Assembly (NCBI GenBank): GCA_964252075.1
Contig: CAXULY010000055.1
Span: 1 to 29,232, forward strand
Direction: 5' to 3'
Length of the DNA: 29,232 nucleotides
DNA from: an uncultured Deinococcaceae bacterium
GTDB lineage: Bacteria > Deinococcota > Deinococci > Deinococcales > Deinococcaceae
Of this stretch, positions 14,150-24,654 are shown piece after piece (positions within the stretch are counted from its first letter, which is position 1; every line of letters starts with the position of its first letter). Made by a program: the position numbers and the translations under genes. Below the pieces are notes generated by a model. That model was not told the DNA's origin and searched no databases. It saw only the letters and a list, made by a program, of their open reading frames with translations.

Positions 14150-15008
14150 GGTCCAGCAGCACCACTTCGGGCGGGCAGAGGTTGCGCACGGGCAGGCCGC
14201 TCACACCCAGGCCGCGGCTCACGAAGCCGCGCGCGCCCAGGTCGCCCGTCACGAAGCCCTGCGCGAAGCGCTGCCCGAAGCGCGACGGCACGACCGGCGC
14301 GCCCAGCAGCGGGAAGCGCACCTGCCCGCCGTGCGTGTGGCCGCTCACCGTGAGGTCCACCCAGTCGGGCACCTCGGGCAGCAGGTCCGGGTTGTGGCTC
14401 ATGAGCAGCGTCGGCGTGCCGCTCAGCCCCGCGAGCGCCCGCGCGAGGTCCGGCGCGCCGTACCACAGGTCATCCACGGCGGCCAGCGCGAGGTCGTCGC
14501 GCACGCGCGTGGAGGTGTTGTTCAGCACCCGCACGTCCGCCTCCGCGAGCCACGCCGTGAACTGCGCGCGCACCCCCTGCCAGTCGGCGCGCGCGCGCGT
14601 CCTCGCGAAGCGGCGGCTGAACAGCCCGAAGCTTCCGTAATCGTGGTTGCCCCAGCTGCCGAACACCCCGAGTGGTGCGCGCAGCCGCGCGAGCTGCGTC
14701 AAGAGCGCGTCCGGCCGCACGCTCAGGTCCACGTCCACGAAGTCGCCCGGCAGCAGGATCAGGTCCGGGCGCGCCCGCAGCGTCGCGTCCACCCAGTGCG
14801 CGACGCTGCGGGCGCGGATCCACGGCCCGTAATGCAGATCGGACAGCACCGCCACCCGCACGGGCGCGCGCAGGCCCGCCATGGGCAGCGTGTGGCGCGC
14901 CACCTCCAGTCCGTACGCCTGCGCGACGACCCCGCCGCCCAGCAGGGCGCCCACCCCGGCCGTGCCGAGCGCCGCGCGCGTCAGGAACTCACGGCGGGAG
15001 AGCCGCAC
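14133..15008 (-). CDS. Metallophosphoesterase (YkuE/YaeI-like) with twin-arginine signal
   Basis: SRREFL; SDLH, GDFVD, GNHD, SHNPD and SGHTHGGQ motifs. Confidence 0.92.
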   Translation of the reverse strand: MRLSRREFLTRAALGTAGVGALLGGGVVAQAYGLEVARHTLPMAGLRAPVRVAVLSDLHYGPWIRARSVAHWVDATLRARPDLILLPGDFVDVDLSVRPDALLTQLARLRAPLGVFGSWGNHDYGSFGLFSRRFARTRARADWQGVRAQFTAWLAEADVRVLNNTSTRVRDDLALAAVDDLWYGAPDLARALAGLSGTPTLLMSHNPDLLPEVPDWVDLTVSGHTHGGQVRFPLLGAPVVPSRFGQRFAQGFVTGDLGARGFVSRGLGVSGLPVRNLCPPEVVLLDLTPER

Positions 15009-15011
15009 CGC

Positions 15012-16187
15012 TCACCCGCGACCGAGCTCGACCAGCTTCTCGCCGTACCGCGCGAGGCGCTGCGGCCCCAGGCCCTTGATGCCGCGCAGTTCCTCCAGGC
15101 TCTGCGGGGCGCGCCTCGCGACTTCCGCGAGCGTCGCGTTGGACGCCACGATGAAGCGCGACACCTCCTGGCGCTTGGCTTCGGCGTTGCGCCACTCCCG
15201 CAGGCGCATGTACGCGGCGTGCTGCTGGTCGTTCAGGCCCTCGGCCGGGTCGCCCGCCTCGGCGGACGGCAGGTCCGGGGAGAGCGGCTCATCCACCGCC
15301 GGGGACGGCAGCGGTTCGGGCGTGTTCTCCGGGGAGGGCGCCTCCGCGAAGTCCACCTCGGGCGCGGTGGCGTCCACCGTCACGGCGGGCGCCGCGCCGT
15401 CCAGCTGCGCGAGCAGCTCCTCCGTGCGCTCCAGGCCCACCGAGAGCAGCCAGCCTGCCGTGACGTGCCGCGCGGCGCTCACCACGCCGCCCAGCGGGGC
15501 CCGCTGATCGACGTCCGGGGCGTCCTGCACGAGCAGCGTGCTGCCCGCTACCGCCTCCACGCGCTCGCCCAGCACCTCGCTGATGCGCGCCGCCGCGCGG
15601 CCCTGACGGCCCAGGCGGGCGGGCAGCGCCGCCAGGTCGCGCAGGGCCAGGGCGGCGGCCAGCGGGGACAGGCCCCCCGCTTCCGCGGACGGCGCCTCGC
15701 CCGCGCCCAGCAGCGCCGCGAGCGCCGGGTCGGCGTGGCCCGTGAGCGCGCCGCCCTGCAGGTACGTCACGAACTGCGCGCCCTGCGACGGCCAGCTGCC
15801 GCCCGGCGAGAGCGTCGCGTCCACGATGAGCGGCACGCCCGCACGCCGCGCGCGCGTGAAGGCCCGCTCGTCCGGCTCGATCAGCCACACCGCCTGCGCG
15901 CCCCGCCAGTCCGGCTCCAGGCCGCCCGGCTCCAGGCCCAGCGCCTGCATGGCCGCCTGATCCACCGGGAGGCGCGGGTCCACGCGCACGGTCCCCGCGC
16001 CCAGCAGGCGGGCCAGCAGGCGGTACAGCGCGCCCTCGTGTTCGAGCGGCAGGGCCCATGCGGCGCCCTCCAGCGCCATCAGGGCGGCAACGAGGCGCGC
16101 GCCGGGGTCGCCCGGCGCGCGGTACGCCCGCGCCAGCTGGGTTTCCAGCGACGCGGCGGTCAGTTCAGGTTCAGGAAGGTCCGTCAT
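15012..16187 (-). CDS. Degenerate cystathionine gamma-lyase/synthase-like domain fused to a C-terminal HRDC domain
   Basis: HRDC: LREWRNAEAKRQEVSRFIVASNATLAEVARRAPQSLEELRGIKGLGPQRLARYGEKL. N-terminal remnants: ALEGA, LIVDATL, GHAD, LSPLAAALALR, LSVGLE. Confidence 0.8.
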   Translation of the reverse strand: MTDLPEPELTAASLETQLARAYRAPGDPGARLVAALMALEGAAWALPLEHEGALYRLLARLLGAGTVRVDPRLPVDQAAMQALGLEPGGLEPDWRGAQAVWLIEPDERAFTRARRAGVPLIVDATLSPGGSWPSQGAQFVTYLQGGALTGHADPALAALLGAGEAPSAEAGGLSPLAAALALRDLAALPARLGRQGRAAARISEVLGERVEAVAGSTLLVQDAPDVDQRAPLGGVVSAARHVTAGWLLSVGLERTEELLAQLDGAAPAVTVDATAPEVDFAEAPSPENTPEPLPSPAVDEPLSPDLPSAEAGDPAEGLNDQQHAAYMRLREWRNAEAKRQEVSRFIVASNATLAEVARRAPQSLEELRGIKGLGPQRLARYGEKLVELGRG

Positions 16188-16230
16188 GCGTTGGCGTCAT
16201 TGTGACGCATGAACGCCCCGCTGACAGGCA

Positions 16231-17091
16231 CTACTTCCCGAAGCGCCGCTCACGTTCCTGAAAACTGCGCAGCGCGCGCAGGAAATCCACCTTGCGGAAA
16301 CCCGGCCAGTTCACATCGCAGAAGTAGTACTCGCTGTACGCCGACTGCCACAGCAGGAACCCGGAGAGCCGCACCTCACCGGACGTGCGGATGATGAAGT
16401 CCGGGTCGGGCGTGCCGGAGGTGTAGAGGTTCGCCCCGATGTCCTCCACCGTGAGCTGGTCCGCCACGTCCGACAGGGTGAGGCCCTCGCTCGCCTTGGC
16501 GCGCAGCAGCTTGCGTACGGACTGCGCGATCTCCTCGCGCCCGCCGTACCCGATGGCGATGGTCAGCAGCAGTCCGTCGTACCCTTCCGTCGCGCGCTCC
16601 AGCGCCAGCAGGTTGTCCCGCACGGGCTCCGGGAAGTCCTGCAGGCGCCCGATCATCTTGATGCGCACGCGGTTCTTGTGGATGCGCTGGTCCTGCACCA
16701 TGCGCGCCGCCTCGCCCGCGAACAGCTGCAGGAGGTACTGGACTTCCTCGTTGTCCCGGCTGCTGTTCTCCGTCGAGAACACCCAGAGCGTCACGTGCGG
16801 AATGCCAAGTTCCAGGCACCAGTCCAGCACCTCGTAGGCCTTGTGCGCGCCCAGGGTGTGCCCCACGTGCTTCACCATGCCGGACGCGCGCGCGAAGCGG
16901 CGGTTGCCGTCCAGGATCAGGCCGAGGTGCTGCGGGAGGCGCCCGGTGGCGAGCACCTCGCGTTCCACGCGGCGCTCGTACCACCAGTACAGGGGTTTCA
17001 GGAGCGCGCTGGACACCCGCGCGATGTGCCGCACCGGGCTCACGGGCGCGGGTGCGGACGTCTGACTGGGGGGCGCGGTGCGCTCACTCAC
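16231..17091 (-). CDS. uppS: cis-Isoprenyl diphosphate synthase (UppS family)
   Basis: PQHLGLILDGNRR, FSTEN, YGGREEI, PDFIIRTSGEVRLSGFLLWQSAYSE. The N-terminal extension suggests a short-chain (Z)-type paralog. Confidence 0.9.
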   Translation of the reverse strand: MSERTAPPSQTSAPAPVSPVRHIARVSSALLKPLYWWYERRVEREVLATGRLPQHLGLILDGNRRFARASGMVKHVGHTLGAHKAYEVLDWCLELGIPHVTLWVFSTENSSRDNEEVQYLLQLFAGEAARMVQDQRIHKNRVRIKMIGRLQDFPEPVRDNLLALERATEGYDGLLLTIAIGYGGREEIAQSVRKLLRAKASEGLTLSDVADQLTVEDIGANLYTSGTPDPDFIIRTSGEVRLSGFLLWQSAYSEYYFCDVNWPGFRKVDFLRALRSFQERERRFGK

Positions 17092-17096
17092 ATCCC

Positions 17097-18128
17097 TCAG
17101 TGTAGCGCTGGGAAGATGAGCGGAGCCTGCGCGGCGTCCGCAAGCGCCAGCACCTTGTGGTCAAGCCGCGAGAGCGCCTGCTGCGCCACGGGCGCGCGCG
17201 GGAGGTCCGCGCGCGCGGCGTACACGTGCACCGTGAAGTGCCGGTGCGTCATGGCGTGCGTGACGGTCCCGAGGAGGCGCGGCCCACTCGCCCCCAGACG
17301 CGCCAGCAGCTGCGCGAGCGCTGCTGGCGCGCCCTCCTCGCCCACCTCCTGCAGGGGTGGGCCCCACAGGCCGCCCAGCAAGTTCCCCGCGCGCTGCTCC
17401 AGGTACATGTCGTGCGCGTCCCCGATCAGCACCGCCACCGCCCGCACCTCTCGCGCCGCGGAGCGCCGCTTGGGCGCCGGGTACGCGGCGGGCCGCCCGG
17501 ACTGAAAAGCCTGGCAGTGTGCGCTGAGCGGGCAGGCGAGGCAGTGGGGGCTTTTCGGCGTGCACACCGTCGCGCCGAGGTCCATGACCGCCTCGTTCCA
17601 GTCGCCGGGGTGTGCGGGGTCCAGCAGGGCGTCCGCCCGCGCCTGCACCCAGGCGGGCGTGGGCTCCGCCTGCGCGAAGAGGCGCGCCAGCACCCGCCGC
17701 ACGTTGCCGTCGTTCACGGCGCGCGCCTCACCCAGCGCGATGGAGCTCACGGCCGCCGCCGTGTACGGCCCGACGCCCGGCAGGGCCAGCCAGCCCTCGT
17801 AGGTGGTGGGCACGCCCTGCGCCGCCATGACCTGCGCGGCGCGGTGCAGGTTGCGCGCCCGCGCGTAGTACCCGCAGCCCTCCCAGGCCTTCAGCACGTC
17901 CTCGATAGGCGCCGCCGCGAGCGCCTGCACCGTCGGGAAGCGCGCCAGGAAGCGCGCGTAGTACTGCAGGCCGCGCGCCACCTGCGTCTGCTGCAGCAGC
18001 ACCTCACTCACCCACACGCGGTACGGGTCGCGCGCGCCCGCCTCACGCCACGGCAGGTCCCGCGCGTGCGCGGCGAACCACGCCAGCAGCGCCTCGCGCA
18101 GGGCCTTCAGGTCGGTGGGGTCGGGCAC
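17097..18128 (-). CDS. mutY: A/G-specific adenine glycosylase MutY (GTG start at 18128; the ORF-track extension is spurious)
   Basis: RDLPWR, WVSEVLLQQTQV, GYYARARNLH, LPGVGPYTA, DGNVRRV and the Fe-S motif CTPKSPHCLACPLSAHC. Confidence 0.96.
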   Translation of the reverse strand: MPDPTDLKALREALLAWFAAHARDLPWREAGARDPYRVWVSEVLLQQTQVARGLQYYARFLARFPTVQALAAAPIEDVLKAWEGCGYYARARNLHRAAQVMAAQGVPTTYEGWLALPGVGPYTAAAVSSIALGEARAVNDGNVRRVLARLFAQAEPTPAWVQARADALLDPAHPGDWNEAVMDLGATVCTPKSPHCLACPLSAHCQAFQSGRPAAYPAPKRRSAAREVRAVAVLIGDAHDMYLEQRAGNLLGGLWGPPLQEVGEEGAPAALAQLLARLGASGPRLLGTVTHAMTHRHFTVHVYAARADLPRAPVAQQALSRLDHKVLALADAAQAPLIFPALH

Positions 18129-18182
18129 GCGCCAGTATAGTGAGGGCACGCCCCGCCGACTGTGGTGGCGGGCGCCCCCACC

Positions 18183-18833
<651 letters not shown>

Positions 18834-18997
18834 AGGCGCGGGGCAGGCGCCGCGCGACCCACGCGCCACGCTCCATACACATGAGTCGGCCCGGTCGCTG
18901 GACTGGGGGCCGCCCGCGGGTGCGGCGGCACTTGTCTTGATTTGCGCGCGGCGTGACGGGCCTCGCCGGGTAGCATGACCGCACTTGGAGGCCCCCT

Positions 18998-20041
18998 GTG
19001 CCCGGCATTCTTGACGCGTACCGCCCGTACCTGCCCATCACCGACCAGACGCCCGCCCTCACCTTGCACGAGGGGAACACCCCGCTCATTCACGCGCCGA
19101 AACTCTCCGAGCGCCTCGGCGTGACGCTGCACCTGAAGTACGAGGGCCTGAACCCCACCGGGTCCTTCAAGGACCGCGGCATGGTCATGGCGGTCGCGAA
19201 GGCCGTCGAGTCGGGCGCGCAGGCCATCATCTGCGCCAGCACCGGGAACACCTCGGCGGCCGCCGCCGCGTACGCGGCGCGCATCGGGGTGCGCTGCGTG
19301 GTGCTCATCCCGGACGGCAACATCGCGCTCGGGAAGCTCGCGCAGGCCGTCGCGTACGGCGCGCAGATCGTGGCGGTGAACGGCAACTTCGACGAGGCGC
19401 TCACCCTGGTGCGCCAGATCGCGGACTCCACGCCCATCGCGCTCGTGAACAGCGTGAACCCCTACCGCCTGGAGGGGCAGAAGACCGCCGCCTTCGAGGT
19501 GGTGGACACGCTGGGGCGCGCGCCGGACATCCTGGCCCTGCCGGTCGGCAACGCCGGGAACATCAGCGCGTACTGGAAGGGCTTCACGGAGTACCAGCGG
19601 CTCGGCAAGCTACAGACCCTGCCGCAGATGTGGGGCATTCAGGCGTCGGGCGCCGCGCCGCTCGCGCTGGGCCTCGCGCGCGTGGACAAACCCGAGACCA
19701 TCGCGACCGCCATCCGCATCGGCGCGCCCGCCAGCGCGCACCTCGCGAAGGCCGCCGTCCTGGAGAGCGTCGGGCTCTTCGACCACGTCACGGACGACGA
19801 GATCCTGGAGGCCTACCGCCTGATCGCGCGGGAGGGCGTGTTCTGCGAGCCTGCCAGCGCCGCGCCCGTCGCGGGCCTCCTAAAGCTGCACGCGCAGGGC
19901 CGCCTGCCGGAGGGCCAGACGGTGGTGGCGGTGCTGACCGGCAACGGCCTGAAGGACCCCAACACGGCCCTCAAGGCGGTGCCGGTGGAGCCCGTGAAGG
20001 TCGAGCCGGACCTCTCCGCCGTGCTGGCCGTTCTGGGATGA
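18998..20041 (+). CDS. thrC: Threonine synthase
   Basis: [53 protein letters not shown]. Confidence 0.97.
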   Translation: MPGILDAYRPYLPITDQTPALTLHEGNTPLIHAPKLSERLGVTLHLKYEGLNPTGSFKDRGMVMAVAKAVESGAQAIICASTGNTSAAAAAYAARIGVRCVVLIPDGNIALGKLAQAVAYGAQIVAVNGNFDEALTLVRQIADSTPIALVNSVNPYRLEGQKTAAFEVVDTLGRAPDILALPVGNAGNISAYWKGFTEYQRLGKLQTLPQMWGIQASGAAPLALGLARVDKPETIATAIRIGAPASAHLAKAAVLESVGLFDHVTDDEILEAYRLIAREGVFCEPASAAPVAGLLKLHAQGRLPEGQTVVAVLTGNGLKDPNTALKAVPVEPVKVEPDLSAVLAVLG

Positions 20042-20955
20042 GCGGGCCGGGCACCATCACGGTGCGCGCCCCGGCGTCCAGCGCGAACCTCGGGCCGGGC
20101 TTTGACTGCCTGGGCATCGCGCTGTCCCTGTTCACCACCGTGCGCGTCACGCCGCAGGCGGTGACGAAGGTGGTGCCGCTCGGCGCGGAACTCGCGGACA
20201 CGCCCGCCGACGAGCGCAACTACATCTACAAGGCCATGCAGGTCGCGGCGCGCGCGGTGGGCCGCACCCTGCCGCCCGCGCGCGTGGAGATCGAGACGGA
20301 CGTGCCGCTGGCGCGGGGCCTGGGCTCCAGCGCGAGCGCGCTCGTGGCGGGCCTCGCCGCCGGGAACGCCCTGCTGGGCGCGCCACTGGACGCGGAGGAA
20401 CTGCTGGAGCTCGCGGCGCGCGAGGAGGGCCACCCGGACAACGTGGCGCCCGCGCTGCTGGGCGGCATCGTGGTGGCGACGCTGGACCGCGCGGGCACGC
20501 ATTACGTGCGGCTGGACGCGCCCGAGCGGCTGGGCGTCACGGTGTTCATTCCGGACTTCGAGCTCTCGACCAGCAAGGCGCGCGCGGTGCTGCCCACCGA
20601 TTACACCCGCGCGGACACCGTGCACGCCCTCTCGCACGCGGCGCTGCTGGCCGCCGCGCTCGCCTGCGGGCGCCTGGACCTGCTCGCGCACGCCATGCAG
20701 GACCGCGTGCACCAGATCTGGCGCGCGCCCCTGGTGCCGGGCCTCACGGACGTGCTGGAGGACGCCACCGTGAACGGCGCGCTCGGCGCGGCCCTGAGCG
20801 GTGCGGGCCCCACCGTGCTGTGCTTCTACGACACGGCGGTGGGCAGCGCGCCGCTGCACGCCTTCCTGCGCGGCGTGATGCGCCGCCACGCCCTCACGGG
20901 TCGCGTGGAGGACCTCCCGGTGGACGCTGTGGGCCTCACCGTCACGGCGGGGTGA
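20038..20955 (+). CDS. thrB: Homoserine kinase
   Basis: ATGA overlap with thr[43 protein letters not shown]. Confidence 0.97.
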   Translation: MSGPGTITVRAPASSANLGPGFDCLGIALSLFTTVRVTPQAVTKVVPLGAELADTPADERNYIYKAMQVAARAVGRTLPPARVEIETDVPLARGLGSSASALVAGLAAGNALLGAPLDAEELLELAAREEGHPDNVAPALLGGIVVATLDRAGTHYVRLDAPERLGVTVFIPDFELSTSKARAVLPTDYTRADTVHALSHAALLAAALACGRLDLLAHAMQDRVHQIWRAPLVPGLTDVLEDATVNGALGAALSGAGPTVLCFYDTAVGSAPLHAFLRGVMRRHALTGRVEDLPVDAVGLTVTAG

Positions 20956-20966
20956 ACGCGAATAAA

Positions 20967-20996
20967 CAGGAGGGGCGCCGCGCGGCGCCCCTCCTG
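20967..20996. terminator. Perfect 30-bp palindrome between convergent genes, probable terminator
   Basis: CAGGAGGGGCGCCGC|GCGGCGCCCCTCCTG. Confidence 0.78.
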
Positions 20997-21006
20997 CCTG
21001 TCCTGC

Positions 21007-21438
21007 TTACTGCGGGGCCTGCTGCTGCCCGCCGCCAATGCCGAGCAGCTGCGTCTTCCCGGCCTTCTTGTCGTACTGGCAGGCGAAGGGCAGCTGCTGC
21101 GTGCCGGGCTGGCCGGGCGCGCTGATCTCCATGTTGGACACCCACTGCCAGCCACCGCCGGGCGCCTGTGCGACCTCCTGCAGGAAGTCCTGCGGGGCCT
21201 TCACGAGGCGGTAATTGAGTTTCTGCGGCGCCTGCGCGAGCTGCGCCTGAATCTGTTCCTTGCACTCGTCCACGAACTTGAATTTGCTGATGCCGTTGTA
21301 CACGGCGTTCGTCTGGTAGGGGTTGCTGCGCACCGCGAAGACCGTCATGGCCGTCAGGATGGCCAGCGTGATAAGCAGCACCACCCACAGCACCGGGCGT
21401 CCCCGGCCGCCGCGCTTGTTATGCATGGAGTGAGTCAT
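21007..21438 (-). CDS. Hypothetical membrane-anchored protein (143 aa, one TM segment, two Cys, Gln-rich)
   Basis: ATG at 21438 preceded by TATCCT; basic N-terminus then VLWVVLLITLAILTAMTVFAV. Confidence 0.72.
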   Translation of the reverse strand: MTHSMHNKRGGRGRPVLWVVLLITLAILTAMTVFAVRSNPYQTNAVYNGISKFKFVDECKEQIQAQLAQAPQKLNYRLVKAPQDFLQEVAQAPGGGWQWVSNMEISAPGQPGTQQLPFACQYDKKAGKTQLLGIGGGQQQAPQ

Positions 21439-21613
21439 TTCGCCCCAGGATAGCGCGCAGCGCCGGAAGACACCGTGCGCGCGGCTTGAGAGGCGCCTTG
21501 GCATTCGCTCAGCTTTTTCCCAAGTGCCGTTCAGGCAGCTGGGGGGCGCGCGCCCGCCGCGCCCCCGACACTGCGGGCGGAGACCCCGCGCCCCACCCCA
21601 CAGGAGACCGTGC

Positions 21614-22843
21614 ATGTCTGACCAGATCCCCCCGCAGGACCACGACGAGGCCGCCCCCGCACCCGAGACGGCGGGCACCACGCGCCGCTCCTTCCTCGTC
21701 AAGTCCGGCCTCACGCTGCTCGGTGCGACGCTCGCCGGGCGCGCGTTCGGGCAGGACCTCGCGCCCACAGAGAAGCCCAGCACGCCCGCCGAGGAGAAGG
21801 CGCCGCTGCCACCGGACCAGCGCGTGGGGTGGGCGCTCGTGGGCCTCGGGGAGCTCACGCTGGGGCAGCTGCTGCCCGCCTTCGGGCAGACCCGCAAGTC
21901 CCGCCCGGTGGCGCTCGTGAGCGGCCACCCGGACAAAGCGCGGCGCGTGGCGGCGCAGTACGGCATCGACCAGAAGAACATCTACACCTACGACAACTTC
22001 GACAGCATCCGCGACAACCCGCTGGTGCAGGTGGTGTACGTGGTGCTCCCGAACGGCCTGCACGCCGAGTACGTGACGCGCGCCGCGCAGGCGGGCAAGC
22101 ACGTGATGTGCGAGAAACCCATGGCGACCTCCCCGCAGGAGGCCGAGGCGATGATCGCGGCGTGCCGTCAGGCGAACGTGAAGCTCATGATCGCCTACCG
22201 TGCGCAGTTCGAGCCGCGCCACGTGGAGGCCGCGCGCCTCATCCGCGCGCGCGCCTTCGGGCGGCCGAAACTCATCAGCGGGGAATTCGTGCAGAACATG
22301 GGGAACCCCGAGCAGTGGCGCCTCAAGCGCGCCCTCGCGGGCGGCGGGAGCCTCCCGGACGTGGGGCTGTACCCGCTGAACTTCTCGCGGTACGCGCTGG
22401 GCGAGGAACCCACCGAGGTGAGCGCGCAGATCTACAGCACGCCCGGCGACCCGCGCTTCCGGGAGGTGGAGGAGACGGTGGGTTTCACCCTGCGCTTCCC
22501 GAGCGGCGTGATCGCGCAGCTCGGCACAAGTTACGGCGCGCACCGCTCCGCGCGCTTCCGTGTGATGAGTGAGCGCGGCTGGACGGACCTGAACCCCGCC
22601 TTCCAGTACGAGGGGAACCGCCTCTCGGTGGGGCGCCGGGTGGGCCTGCAGGAGGGCGACGAGGTGCGCACCGTGGAGAACAAGAACCAGTTCGCGCTGG
22701 AGATCGACCACCTCAGTGACGCCATCCTGAAGAACACGCCCGTCAAGACGCCCGGCGAGGAGGGCCTGCGCGACCACCGCATCATCTCCGCGATCTACCA
22801 GAGCGCGCAGGAGCGCCGCGCCATCACCCTGCAGCCCGGCTGA
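21614..22843 (+). CDS. Tat-exported Gfo/Idh/MocA oxidoreductase (glucose-fructose oxidoreductase-like)
   Basis: AGGAG SD; TRRSFLV Tat motif; VGLG, LPNGLH, HVMCEKPMA, GGGSLPDVGLYP. Confidence 0.92.
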   Translation: MSDQIPPQDHDEAAPAPETAGTTRRSFLVKSGLTLLGATLAGRAFGQDLAPTEKPSTPAEEKAPLPPDQRVGWALVGLGELTLGQLLPAFGQTRKSRPVALVSGHPDKARRVAAQYGIDQKNIYTYDNFDSIRDNPLVQVVYVVLPNGLHAEYVTRAAQAGKHVMCEKPMATSPQEAEAMIAACRQANVKLMIAYRAQFEPRHVEAARLIRARAFGRPKLISGEFVQNMGNPEQWRLKRALAGGGSLPDVGLYPLNFSRYALGEEPTEVSAQIYSTPGDPRFREVEETVGFTLRFPSGVIAQLGTSYGAHRSARFRVMSERGWTDLNPAFQYEGNRLSVGRRVGLQEGDEVRTVENKNQFALEIDHLSDAILKNTPVKTPGEEGLRDHRIISAIYQSAQERRAITLQPG

Positions 22844-22870
22844 GTGAGGGGGCTGCGGCCCCCTCACTCA
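22841..22870. terminator. Hairpin whose stem ends are the two convergent stop codons
   Basis: TGAGTGAGGGGGC-TGCG-GCCCCCTCACTCA. Confidence 0.78.
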
Positions 22871-23635
22871 CACTTCCGGGACGTACTCGCGCGTGCTGCT
22901 GATCAGGTCGTGCGCGGTGAGTTCCAGCCGCACGGGCGTGACGCTCACCAAGCCGTCCTGCACCGCGCCGTAGTCCGTGTCGTTCTCGTACTCGGCGCGT
23001 GGCGTGCCCGCCACCCAGTAGTAGTCCTTGCCGTCCGGGTCCTGGCGCTTCACGAGGGTGTCCTCGTAGCGGTGGTCGGACAGGCGCGTGACCTGCGCGC
23101 CCTTGAAGGGCCCGGCGGGGAAGTTCACGTTCAGCAGGGTGCGCGGTGGCAGGCCGCGCGCCGCCACCTCACGCACCAGCTTCAACGCGTACGCGGCGCC
23201 CGCGCTGAAGTCGAACTCGCCGCTGTCCGCCGCCTGCTGGCTGAACGCGACGCTGGGGATGCCGAGCGTGATGCCCTCGATGGCCGCAGCGACCGTCCCG
23301 GAGTGCGTGAGGTCGCTGCCGAGGTTCGGGCCGAGGTTGATGCCGCTCACCAGCAGGTCCGGCGTGCCGATGAGCTGCACGCCCAGCACCACGCAGTCGG
23401 CGGGCGTGCCGTCCACGCGGTACGCGGGAATCTCGCCGAAGCCCGCGCTGGCGGTGTGCTTGAAGCGCAGCGGGCGGCGGATGGTGATGCCGTGCCCCAC
23501 CGCGGACTGCTCCACGTCCGGCGCGACGACCGTCACGTTGAAGTCCTGCGCGAGGGCGAACGCGAGCGCCTTGATGCCGGGGGAGAAGATGCCGTCGTCG
23601 TTCGCGACCAGCACCGAGGGTCTGGAGGAGGTCAT
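22868..23635 (-). CDS. surE: 5'/3'-nucleotidase SurE
   Basis: LVANDDGIFSPG, APDVEQSAVGH, GTPADCV, SGINLGPN, SGTVAAA; ATG at 23635. Confidence 0.96.
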   Translation of the reverse strand: MTSSRPSVLVANDDGIFSPGIKALAFALAQDFNVTVVAPDVEQSAVGHGITIRRPLRFKHTASAGFGEIPAYRVDGTPADCVVLGVQLIGTPDLLVSGINLGPNLGSDLTHSGTVAAAIEGITLGIPSVAFSQQAADSGEFDFSAGAAYALKLVREVAARGLPPRTLLNVNFPAGPFKGAQVTRLSDHRYEDTLVKRQDPDGKDYYWVAGTPRAEYENDTDYGAVQDGLVSVTPVRLELTAHDLISSTREYVPEV

Positions 23636-23679
23636 GACCGCCAATCTAACGCGCGGCGTTCAGGGCCGTGCCTGCCCGC

Positions 23680-24078
23680 TCAGGGCAGCGGCGTGATGTC
23701 GCAGTTGCCCGCCTCGGACGGGCGGGCCTTCTGGTCCACGATCACCTGGTCGCGCCCGCCCACGAAGCCCTGGCAGCGCGCCAGCTCCGTGAGGTACGCG
23801 GGGTCATCGGCGTGCGCCTGCACGCTTTTCAGCACCGCGATGTCCTGCTGCAGCTGCGCCACCTCGCGTCGCGCCTGCACCGTCTCGCGCGACCACTGCG
23901 CGGCGCGGTACACCTCCTGCACCAGCAGGAAACTGGTCTGCACGATGCCGAGGCCCGCCAGCACGCTGGCGATCAGCATGCTCAGCGGCAGGCGGCCCAG
24001 CGGCACGCCGCGCAGGGCCTTCAGGCGCTCGCGCCAGCCTGGACCGGGCGGCCGCCGACGGGGCAGGGAAGGAGCCAC
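23680..24078 (-). CDS. FtsB/DivIC-like bitopic membrane protein (septum formation initiator family)
   Basis: GTG at 24078, 6 nt after TACACT; basic N-terminus, TM segment, coiled coil, DPAYLTELARCQGFV. Confidence 0.65.
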   Translation of the reverse strand: MAPSLPRRRPPGPGWRERLKALRGVPLGRLPLSMLIASVLAGLGIVQTSFLLVQEVYRAAQWSRETVQARREVAQLQQDIAVLKSVQAHADDPAYLTELARCQGFVGGRDQVIVDQKARPSEAGNCDITPLP

Positions 24079-24234
24079 GCAGGCAGTGTAGCGCGCGTTT
24101 GCCCCAGCTTCCTGAGGGTCTGCGCCGCCGCCCTGAAGCTGCCCCTCAGCTGTGGGCGCTCGGCCCGCGGGAGCGGACAGGCTGGACAAGGGCACGGGGG
24201 TCCGGGGGCTTGAACCCCGTACACTACTGAGGCC

Positions 24235-24654
24235 ATGCCTGTCCGCCCCGTCCACCGCACCGAGATTCAGGTGCGCTTCAGCGACACCGACGCGCTCGGC
24301 CACGTGAACCACGTGGCGTTCGCCGCTTACCTGGAAACCGCCCGCGTGGAGGCCCTGGCGCTGCTGGACGCCCTCGGCACGCAGCTCAGCACCGTCGTCG
24401 CGCACCTGGAGATCGATTACCGGCACGAGATCCGGCTGGGGGAGCGCGTGGCGGTCGAGATGTGGGTCTCGCGCATCGGGCGCTCCAGCTGGACGTACCA
24501 GTACCGCGTGCTGGCCGGAGACACCCTGGCCGCCGAGGCCGAGACCGTGCAGGTGGTCGTGAACCCGCTGCTGATGCGGCCGGAATCCATTCCCGAGGAC
24601 GTGCGCGGCTGGCTGACCGGGCACCTCATTGAGGCCGGGGTGCCGGGTGATTGA
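24235..24654 (+). CDS. Acyl-CoA thioesterase (4HBT/YbgC hotdog fold)
   Basis: VRFSDTDALGHVNHVAFAAYLETAR motif. Confidence 0.92.
   Translation: MPVRPVHRTEIQVRFSDTDALGHVNHVAFAAYLETARVEALALLDALGTQLSTVVAHLEIDYRHEIRLGERVAVEMWVSRIGRSSWTYQYRVLAGDTLAAEAETVQVVVNPLLMRPESIPEDVRGWLTGHLIEAGVPGD

Noticed and set aside
18834..18997. Threonine attenuator or T-box leader upstream of thrC
   Set aside because: No Thr-rich leader peptide or T-box motif seen; a TAGCAT -10 close to the SD implies a short leader.
24203..24219. tRNA T-arm-like hairpin CGGGG-TTCAAGC-CCCCG on the minus strand
   Set aside because: No matching acceptor stem, D arm, anticodon arm or CCA; the upstream part would be antisense to the thioesterase CDS.
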